A stretch of 64,000 nt of DNA from Bispira polyomma. Lineage: Eukaryota. This document shows positions 1-11,100 of this stretch, piece by piece. Under the pieces are notes generated by a model, which ran no database searches, was not told the origin of the DNA, and saw only the letters and a list, made by a program, of their open reading frames with translations. A program made the translations under genes and the position numbers. How positions within the stretch are numbered: the stretch's first letter is position 1; each line of letters opens with the position of its first letter. The stretch is from positions 27,032,001-27,096,000 of the forward strand of contig OZ287749.1 in assembly GCA_965649765.1 (NCBI GenBank), given 5' to 3'.

Positions 1-920
1 CCTGACTGAGCATGTATATTTGGATAGATGGGGGCTAAAATAAGTGGGTAATCCAGAATTTAGAAATTTATATATTATTGTTGCTGTTTTGAAAGCACTA
101 CGATATTTTATTGGGAGCCAGTGCAGTGACTTGAGTACAGGAGTAATGTGGGAAAATTTAGAAGTTTTGGTCACAATACGTGCCAATGAGTGTTCGATAT
201 TCTGAAGGCATCTGAGATCACTACGAGATAAGGAACAGAACAGAGAGTTGCAGTAATCAAGCCTGCTGCTAACCAAAGCATTGGCGACAGTGATTGCAGT
301 GGATTTGGAAAGATAGCGTCGAATCCGCCTGAAATCACGGAGGCCAACAAAACACGATCTACACACCGATGCGACATGGTTAGAGAAGGAGAATTCAGAG
401 TCGAACACCACACCCAGGTTTCATACTTTGTCAGCTGGAAAAAACCTGCTGCCAAGAATGTCAAGTGGAAAACAGCTGGACAATTTTTCCCGTTGCGACT
501 TGGAGCCAAACAAAATAAACTCAGTCTTCTCAGGGTTCAGCTTGAGTTTATTTGTTGCCATCCAGTGTTGTACATCAACAAGGCAGTTCTGTAAGGAAGT
601 GAAAGCTGCCTGGGCAGAGTCAGGTGTAAGGTGGATGTACAGTTGGGTATCATCAGCATAGAAGTGAAAGTTTATGTTTTTGTATGCAGCAATAATCTTG
701 CTGAGTGGAATGGTGTACATGGAAAACAAAATGGGACCCAGGACGGAACCTTGGGGAACACCAAATTTTAACCATGTTGGGTCGGATAAGATATTGCCAA
801 TTTTGACTGATTGGAATCTATCAGACAAATATGCCGTGAACCACTTAAGCGCCATACCGCTGATACCGAACCAAGATGATAGGCACTCAAGAAGAACTTT
901 GTGATCAATAGTATCAAAGG
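1..920 (-). mobile_element. CR1/L2-type non-LTR retrotransposon ORF2 fragment (reverse transcriptase), frameshifted, 5'-truncated
   Basis: ORF 421..984 has FDTIDH, GVPQGSVLGPILF, YADDTQLY and WMATNKLKLNPEKTE. Downstream ORF2 continues in other frames towards position 1. Homology stops at about 920, where the minisatellite begins. Confidence 0.93.
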
Positions 921-926
921 TGAGGA

Positions 927-2042
927 AACACAGATGAGGAGTGTGGTCCACTATATGGACTGTAATAACTGTTCTTGTGTCCATGTGTTAACAGATGAGG
1001 AGTGTGGTCCACTATATGGACTGTAATAACTGTTCTTGTGTCCATGTGTTAACAGATGAGGAGTGTGGTCCACTATATGGACTGTAATAACTGTTCTTGT
1101 GATGATGTATTAACAGATGAGGATTGTATCCACTGTATGGACTGTAATAACTGTTATTGTGTCTGTGTGTTAACAGATGAGGAGTGTGGTCCACTATATG
1201 GACTGTAATAACTGTTGTTGTGTCTATGTGTTAACAGATGAGGAGTGTGGTCCACTATATGGACTGCAATAGCTGTTCTTGTGTCTATGTGTTAACAGAT
1301 GAGGAGTGTGGTCCACTGTATGGACTGTAATAACTGTTATTGTATCTATGTGTTAACAGATGAGGAGTGTGGTCCACTGTATGGACTGTAATAACTGTTC
1401 TTGTGATGATGTATTAACAGATGAGGATTGTATCCACTGTATGGACTGTAATAACTGTTATTGTGTCTGTGTGTTAACAGATGAGGAGTGTGGTCCACTA
1501 TATGGACTGTAATAACTGTTGTTGTGTCTATGTGTTAACAGATGAGGAGTGTGGTCCACTATATGGACTGCAATAGCTGTTCTTGTGTCTATGTGTTAAC
1601 AGATGAGGAGTGTGGTCCACTGTATGGACTGTAATAACTGTTATTGTGTCTATGTGTTAACAGATGAGGAGTGTGGTCCACTGTATGGACTGTAATAACT
1701 GTTCTTGTGATGATGTATTAACAGATGAGGATTGTATCCACTGTGTGGACTGTAATAACTGTTATTGTGATGATGTGTTAACAAATGAGGAGTGTGGTCC
1801 ACTATATGGACTGTAATAACTGTTCTGTGTCCATGTGTTAACAGATGAGGAGTGTGGTCCACTGTATGGACTGTAATAACTGTTCTGTGTCCATGTGTTA
1901 ACAGATGAGGAGTGTGGTCCACTGTATGGACTGTAATAACTGTTCTGTGTCCATGTGTTAACAGATAAGGAGTGTGGTCCACTGTATGGACTGTAATAAC
2001 TGTTCTGTGTCCATGTGTTAACAGATGAGGAGTGTGGTCCAC
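927..2042 (+). repeat. 60-61 bp minisatellite (about 19 copies) spanning the acceptor of exon 2025
   Basis: Unit gtgttaacag|atgaggagtgtggtccactatatggactgtaataactgttcttgtgtccat. The last copy runs into the real exon. Confidence 0.95.
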
Positions 2043-2151
2043 CCCTGGATTTTCCATTTTCCACACACAGGGACATACTGAGGCAATCTTTTACAACAGT
2101 CAACAGAACCATAGACAACCGCTACGGCATAGGAAGCATTGTCTCTTACCG
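2025..2151 (+). CDS. Exon: CCP1 first half (DEECGPPLDF...IVSYR)
   Basis: ttaacag|AT...CG|gtacga, phase 1 to 2. Confidence 0.85.
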
Positions 2152-5100
2152 GTACGAACTCCTCAGCACTTGCACTTGTTTCATCTGCGTTGTTAAGTTA
2201 GCAATAATATGTTATGCCAAGACAAACAGCCAATCAGATTGCAGCAATCCGTTGAGTACAGATTGTTCACAAGATTTTTTGTTTTACTTAAAGTTTGTGT
2301 TTAATAAAATTGTTCAACGTGGTCAATCAAATAGAAAATGTGCTTAACTGACGAAAAAAGTGCATATTTACACCCTACACACTCTCTGTATAAACTCCTG
2401 GACTTAACTCGGACTTAAATAAATGTAGGGGATGGGCTTTGATTTGATATGAGAATGTGGAGTTCGATTGAAACTTTTAGCTTTATTTATAGACACTTGA
2501 CCTTGTGTAATTTACAAAAGTATGGTATATTCTGAGAAAGTTTTCTGTATTAGTCACATACATATCTGCACAATTGTTTTCAGGTGTATAGACGACTTTG
2601 AATTTCCTGACCATACTACAGAGCAGAATGCCACGTGTGTAGGGACCAGAATACAGACCCACTGGACGTACCCTTCCCTCTGTGCAGGTGGAGACTGTTA
2701 CTCAGTATATTTAACTCTGTGTACAAACTCAACATTCAAGGGTTATGTACAATAGTAAAAACTACCTGACTGGTGTATATTAAAATAAAAAATTATATGA
2801 CGAAAGAAGATGAAATATGAAATAAAATGAAATAGGCCATTTGTTGTAGTGCACTTATATAGCCTAGAGTCATTTCAAATGGGCTTTCTCATGGGCAGCA
2901 ACTATGGGTGCCGAGGCCAGCTTAAAGATGACCATTTATCAACATCCCGAAGGATCTTTAATCTGCAACTGGAGATAGTACTCAGTGATAGAGGACTGCC
3001 ATTTTAAGTGGTCATCCGAGCCACTGGGCAAATTTGTGTTCACATCTTGCCCAAGAATGTTATCCCACCAAATAAAACTAGCAGTCAGTACTGGAAATAA
3101 AACCCGGGACCTTCTGATCATCAGACCAACACCCTAACCACTAGACCAGGGGGATGTTAAGGAGAAGATTAAGCCTTGTAGTCTGGGGTTTCCTAGTTTA
3201 TCCAGACACATGCCTTGCTATGATGAATAATGGTAATACAACTAGCAAGAGAACTTTCAGTTGTCCAAGAACATCTAGCAACTTGATGTAGTATAAATGG
3301 TAGACAATAGATATTTAGCTTGAGATAATAAACGATTTAAAAGCTGTATCATCATGATATGACACGATATCTGACGTTTAAAACCCCCAACAAGCTGTAT
3401 TAACATCTCATTTATTTTTACTCATATTTCAGCTACTTGTTCTGTCAACCTGAGGTCATGGGCCAACAAGGATTACAAAGATCCCTATAAATTCATCCCA
3501 TTTCAAGGACACATTTCTGTCAAAGGTCAAGAGTTCATTAATATTGATGGTGCAGATGATTCTAATAGAGGAATGCACTTGGTGACCTTAGACAGTGATT
3601 GTGTCGTCCAAGATATCCGCCAGTTTATACGTAAGTTTGTATATATTTCTATATTGGTATGTAAACTGGAAATAATAGTGAATAATAACCCATTACAAAC
3701 AAAGTATATACAGGGAATTTTTACCACAATTGGTCAGGTATAGGAACATGAAGGCATCATCTGGAGTTTTCTACATGGGCGTTCATAATACCGGTCGGGT
3801 CACAATACCGTCCGTTGCATTTTTACCGAAAGAGTTTGACGAAAGGAAATAAATAATAAAAACACATGGTACTTCATCCCTATGATTTATAGTACAGAAA
3901 ATTTTAGTTTATTTTATAGAAATCTACGTTTTAAGCATTAAAATGTTCATTAAACGGTATTGTCACCCGACTGGTATTATGAACGCCCGTGTAAGCTTTG
4001 AAAACACAAAGTGGTAAAATTCACAAAAGGCCTTAGTCTTAATTTAGCCTTAAACTTAAAATTTTAGTCTCTTTTTTTTTTTGCCCCTAAAGGTTAAGAT
4101 TTTGAACAATTTAACACTAAGACTTAACAGTTGGCAGTCTAAAAAGTTTAGACATAAATGTTAAGCTTTAGACTTTTTTTGAGAACCTGTCCCCTGTATA
4201 TCCCGTTTTTGTAAAGGCTTAATAACCATATTTATATTATAACGCAACAGAATCAAAGTATGTTATAATTTTACTGGACAATGACTTGTATGTGCATATG
4301 GACACCATCAACATAATCATGGTTAAAGAAATCGCTGTGAATTTTAAAGAAGAAATAATGATTAAATTAGGTTAACTCTTATTAAAATGCTGCTATTGAT
4401 AAAATATCCTATGCTATGTTTACAGGGTATTCAGACAATTCCTCTGTAAGCACAGAACTGCTGACTTTCCTGGAGAATCAAACAGACGGTACAGTGATTT
4501 TGGGAGTGACTGCTTTTGAGCCCTTTAACGCCATTACCACAAATGGTGTGGGAGATTTTTTGGAGTTTTTACAGGTCCCATTTTGGAAGATGAATACCTG
4601 GTATGTGGAACATGTGGTTTTAACTCTTTTGACCCCTAAGATATCGACGAGCAGCTGATTACTTTTCTTACTCTCAGAACCTATGTCTGTTGGCAAGCAG
4701 TTGTCACCCCCCCCCCCCAAAAAAAAAGTTATTCTATTTTCCTTTGATTCCTTGCAATAGGAAATTGTTCAGTACAGCAGACTTCGCAGTTCAATTAATT
4801 TTAATTATGCGTAAGGCCGTTATTGAATGCTGAAAGTAGTCTGTTGTGTGTGTTTTATTGATTCCAGCTATCTGTAAGCTATTACCCCATAAATTTCCTT
4901 CAGTTCTCAATGATAGTTCTCTCTTAGGGTCAAAAGAGTTAAATACACCATTATATAAGTTTGATTGAATTAATATATGACCAAAGCTGCTATTTTGTAC
5001 TATATTGTGTTTCAGAATTTACTTTTTTTAAATATCCAGTTTTAACATAAATATATTTTGCTTCTCTTATGTTTTGGAAACAGTTAATTGTTAGTATATG

Positions 5101-8100
5101 GAATTTTAAATTTGATTTTGACCTTCTAATTTTATATTAATCTATGTATTAAATATGTAGAATAAAGAGTAGTGGCTAAGTCTCAGTATTATTTTACATA
5201 CCATTTATCTTTCATACAATAACTTTGCACATTTACCTAACTGATTACTTACGGTTGGCACGTGACTTTATCATAAAAAAACTATCCATTAGTAAATATC
5301 ATTAAAATGTTGGTATATTTTTCTGTATATATGTGTTAAGGTACTCGATTTCATTCATCGCACGCCATAATGCAGCGATAGAGGAGGCTCTAATCACAAG
5401 TACAGCAAATGGTCCTGCAGAAATACAACAGTACATTGGTAAGACAGAGTTAAAATGATAAATTGCTGTTGAACTCATTAAAGTAGAACCTCATGGGATC
5501 AGGAGAAATACAGCCAACATACACATAGACGCTCCGTGGAGAAGCATCCTACTTTTATGAAAATTATTTCTAGTCCATATAAGAACTGTAATGATGACTT
5601 TAAAATTATGCTATAGTAAGGTTTTCAACCATTTGTACATGTCTAAACAATTATAAACTGTAACACATGGTTGTAAAATGATCAAAACAATAATATGATG
5701 ATTCTTGTATTGAAAACATATGAAAACAATACTTAAATCTATACTTTAAGTAGATAGAAATGCAATCTTAAAATTGATAACTTATAAAATAATAATTCAA
5801 ACAATTTAAGTTTGTTTTTAATTGATTTGAAAATTTCTGGACAAATATTAAAATTGATAACTTATGAAATATAATAATTCAAACAATTTAAGTTTGTTTT
5901 TAATTGGTTTGAAAATTTCTAGACAAACACTATTCTGCTTTCAATCTAGGCCTTCTGTAATAATAGTTTTTTTCTATCTTTGAAAATTTCCAGATAAAGG
6001 CTGTGGGCAACCATTGAATCCTTTGGCACCTTATGCCAACATGGAAATTGTTTCAAAGGATGAAAAATATGGTTATGCTAAACGTGCAGAGTACAGATGT
6101 GTTGGGGGTAAGTGTTCTGTCTTTTCCTTGGTTAAAAACTCATGGGGGGGGGGTAAGTGTACTGTTATTTCATTGGTTAAAAGCTGACGGGGGGTAAGGG
6201 TTCCTTCTTTTTATTGGTTAAAAACTAATGGGGGGGGGGGAGGGGGGTAAGTGTTATGTATCTCAAGTGCAATGTCATCTACTTCATTTCCAAAAAGCAA
6301 TTTTTTCTTGCATAGAAACCAAACCCTTTCAACCCCTCTGTTCCTGACTAGCAGCCGATGGCATTTGTTACTCCCGGAACCTATGTCTGAGGCCATTATA
6401 TGTGAGACCATTGTTAAATAGTAGTCTGTGGTGGGTGTTTTAGTGACTTTAACTACCTGTAACCTATTACTGAAAAATTTCTTTCAGTTCTCGGTGATAG
6501 TTTTCTCCCAGTCAAGAAAGAGTTAAGCTGGTTTGATGAGCCCAATTAATAGCTAAAGCTATTTTAACTATATTGTAAATATATTTTGGTTGTAAAAATT
6601 TTTTTTAATTATATATAATGTATTTTAGCTTACAACGTTACCGTCATCTTTCACTATTATAACAGCTAAAGATAGATTTATCTTGACTAAAAGGTTTTAC
6701 TGTATTCGGCCAAGCTACTATTCTCATATATTAAACAGCTTAAGCTTGTTACAAATTAGTGGTTCTTTTTGAGCATAATAAGAAGTGCACTGGTCCTCAG
6801 GCTCCTTACACACCACAGCAAAAGTGGTTTTACTGATTCACTGAAAGGGTTAACAGTATAGTTGTAACAACACAGTGCATTATATTGTACATATATTATT
6901 ATGTCATTCCTTAGATGCTGTGTTTGCTTCTGGAGTGGACTTTGTTCAGGCCGAATGCGTTATGGAGGGATATTTTGGAAAATGGGTCTATCCAAATGCC
7001 AGTTGCCATGGTAAGTAGATTTGACCATTACCGTATATGACCATTTAAGCGCATTCTCCCTGACTATGTATGCTGATGATACTCAAATCTATCTTTCACT
7101 GAGTGCTCAAAATGCCGACAAAAATCTTAGACTGTTGTAATGGAGTTTCATTATATATCTGTTGAGTGGTAATTGATACAAGAAGGTACTTCTCTTTATT
7201 GTACAGTAAATGGCCTTCTTATGACCAAGTCTGGTTGTGATTTATTTGTGATATATATCTAGCCTACTGTTTAATTGGTGCTCAGTCCTTTGGAGCCAAT
7301 GATCCACCCAGCAAGAAGAGTCTGACTATAGCGATCAATCACCACACCCAGTACACTTCTGTAGACAGAGGATTTCATGTACTCACAGTCAACAGATACT
7401 GTCAAATAGGTATGCTAAGCTATATTGCTACTGTAAACCACAGAAATAACTTGGCTCTGCTGTAAACTTATAAAGAGACTTGCTACTGCTGTGAACTTGA
7501 GATTAAAAGTCCAGTACATTAACGGTTTAGCTAAAGTGATAATTCCGGAAGCCTGAATGTTTAATGCACTGATATACATGGATATTACATGCCTCTCCCT
7601 CACAAAACCTGTCCTCAGGTCTCATACTACTACCACATAAATTCTACTAACTCACTAGGCTTGATGAGAGAGGAGGTCTTACTCGGCATCTCCACCATGT
7701 AAACAACATAAATAACTTGTTTCTATAGTAAAGTTACAATTTGATAGACGCTTGTTACTGCTGGGATTAGATCCTGGGTTGTCATGGATCTTGAGATTAT
7801 TAGTCCAGTACACTAACAGTTGAGTTAAAGGGCAAACCCAAGAAGCCTGAGTATTTACTAATCTGCTGATATACATGGATATTAATGGATATTACACTAC
7901 TCTTACTTGCTGGTGCTGTTTTCTCCCTCACAATGTAGGGGGGCCGCGGTGGCCTAGTGGTTTGCAAGCATTGTGCTCTGGTATCGGCTGGCGTGGGTTT
8001 GACTCCCGTCGATGCCTATGTGGGAAAGGTGGTAGTTCCTTACTGTGGGCCGCTGGTTTCAGTGCAGAATCTTGATCTACTGTATGCACTGTTTCCTCCA

Positions 8101-11100
8101 GCGTTTCCAACTACCCGTCCCAATATAACCTAAACAGGTACTACAGGGGACGTTAAATATCCCAATTCAAATAAAAAAACCCTCACAATGTAGGATGATA
8201 CTCTTTTGATGATTTCTGTCAATCTGGGCTCCCGTATTCTTCAATGAAACTCAAGATCATTTTAATCGAGCTGTCAGTGCTTAATTCAAATGATGCAATC
8301 AGATTTTACTTAACTTCACCCCAGCCAGAGATATTGGGACTTCAGAGCTCAGAGCCTTGAGCCTAAGTGGAGCTTGTGATCTTTTGAGAATAACGGCCCC
8401 AAAATCATAATCCTTGGATAAAGTGAGAGTCGTAATTAAATAGCATGGCACCAAAGGTGGTGAGGTTTTGACACCAATTTTAAGAAAAAATATGCTACTC
8501 TTGTGGTGTGTGTTTTAGTGACTCCAGCGATAGTTTTCTCTTAGGGTCAAAAGGGTTAAATGTCAATGACAGTATATATTATTATACTTTTGAAAATCTT
8601 TTATTCCTTAAAAATAGAAATAAAAGCTACATATATTGTGTAATGGTTTATGAAAAGTTAAAAGTTACCATGTTTTATCATTTTTATCAGACCCATCTTC
8701 ATATTGTTTTCATTTTGAAAAGGGTGCTGCCATTGAAAAGGGGCGCAGCCATGTTAGAAAAAATGTGTAAGGCCTTCATGAATTAGTTGGAAGCAATCGA
8801 CCCGTTCAACCTAAGAGGTGTCAGGGTGCCTGAATATATTTTTTGTGGCCATATCAATGTTAGTGTATTTCACACCGTACGCCTATGTCTTTTTAAAAAA
8901 AAACACTCTTGTTTGTTGTTCTTTATGACAGAGACCTCCTCTCACTATGACACTCATGGAGATGGTGCTGCTGACACAAGGTTAAATGCTGACCTGTCTG
9001 CTGTAAGTAATGGGACAGTGTTACTTTTTGCCACGGCAGATCAGTCCACTGCTAGATTAGATGACCTGAACCAGCTCCTGGATCTGGGAATAAAAGAAGA
9101 AGATTACAACATAGTCGAGTATGTGTTATATTACCAAGTTGTATATTAAAATACAGTAAAACCCTTTTAAGTGGAACCTCAAGGAACCTGGAAAGAGACT
9201 TCTACTTAGGCAGGATTTCCACTTAACACAGGGTACATTTCAAAGGAAAATACCTCGGTGAGACTACAAATTTTGGTCCATATAAAAGGGAAATCGACTT
9301 AACAGAGTTCTACTTAATAGAGGGGGTTAACTGTATATATGCATTTATCCACCTTTATAAGGGCCTGTGTTCTCCAATGAAACTCAAGCTCAGACTATGA
9401 CCTAACCCATCTGAAGACAATACTTGTGACCACTCATATTAAAACTTTCGACCATTATCTTGTCAGCTAGCGGTCGACGGCATTTGTTACTCCCAGAACC
9501 TATGTCTGTTGGTAAGTAGTTAACACCACAAAATATTATTTTATTTTAGTTTTCAGTTCCTCACAGTAAAAAATTTAACTTGGAGTTTTGGAGAATTATT
9601 ATGGCCACTGGTATTCAAAGCGGTATTAGACCATTTCTTGACTGCCCAAGTACAGCCAATTGGAACCAGTACTGGTCATTCCCCCAACATTTATTAAAGG
9701 ATGTTTCTTTACTTTTACATCGATGGACTGCATGGATATAATATATTATGAATCCTAAATTATTCGTAGTAAAACTTCTGTGTGTTGGCAGACAGTAATG
9801 GGGTACTCCCCATATTTTGGCATATCTGTGTTGTTAATACATGTATTACCTTAAACTGTCTCTGTAAAGCCCATGGGTTTTTACTCAGAAAAAGTAGGTG
9901 ATGGACTCTTAAGAGAGTGTGGTTTTGCTTTAAAATTAAACTATTAAAGAATCTTAGGGGAGGGTTGTTAGCAAATGGAAACAACAGTAATTTCTAGCCG
10001 TGGCAGGGATTAGAACCGGGGCTCTTTGGATCTCAAGATTATTAGTTCAGTACACTAACAGTTGTTAACAGTTAACAGGGCAACACCCAGAAGCCGGAGT
10101 GTTTTAATGCACTGATACACAGGGATATTACATGCCTCTCCCTCAGGAAGACCTGACCTCAGGTCTCATACTACTACTACATTAACTCTACTAACTCGCA
10201 TGGATTATGAGAGGGGGGGATCTTTCCACTGATCTCCACCATGTAAACAACAGAAATAACATGCCGTGGCTGAAATTTGAACCGGGGGCTCTTTGGATCT
10301 TCACGAATAATAGTCCAGTACACTAACAGTTGAGCTAAAGGGGAAACCCCAGGAAGCCCGAGTGTTTTAAGGTGATATACACGGATATTACACAAAGTAT
10401 GGGCTATATATACTGTTAGAGTTCCCTGTACTTTTAGTTTTCTATTGAAACCTTGCATAAATTACCCAAACTACCAATGTATGTTTCAGTGACCAAGGAT
10501 CAATGGCCTATATTGCAAGGAAAGGACAGGCATTTTCTCTAGAAACTAAAGAAAGATATGAGGGTCCAGCTATGGTGGCTCTGACTGTTGGTAAGTTTTT
10601 CAACTGCACTAATTGATACTTGAGCTATATTTTTCAAAAAAACTTAGGGGAGAAAAAACCCCAAATATCCAGTTGAATACAGACTCCAATGGGAGTTAAA
10701 CAAATGCCACAATGATATAAAGCATCCTCCATATAATTTGAAATTTTTTCGAAAATTTAAACTTTGTTTGGATAATTGAAGCTTGATACGATGTGTAAGA
10801 GAAGTATGGTGAACAGAGTTGATGTTCAAAAGATAAAACATTCTGACACAAATAGATAATCACTGTTCTTTCTTACAATTTAATTTGAATATTCAATATT
10901 ATAAACATATTTGTACACTTTTAATTCATTTTTTCCTATTTTTTCGACTAAAATACCTACACAGATTAACATAAAGAGGGTCGATTTTTTTTAACCACAA
11001 TTAAAAGTTAGGTAGAGCATTTAAATCTCTTGAAAGTCACTGATATAATAAAGAATATCGAAAGGTAATGTATTATTTTAAATAAACTGAGTTAATATTT

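Noticed and set aside
927-2042. CRISPR-like appearance of the regular arrays (also 31108-32128 and 58870-61113)
   Set aside because: Units are contiguous with no unique spacers, there are no cas genes, and the context is an intron-rich eukaryotic gene.
1012-2118. Minus-strand ORFs with HTVDHTPHLLTH or NSYYSPYSGPH repeats
   Set aside because: Translations of the minisatellite. The first 20 or so residues of ORF 421..984 come from it too.
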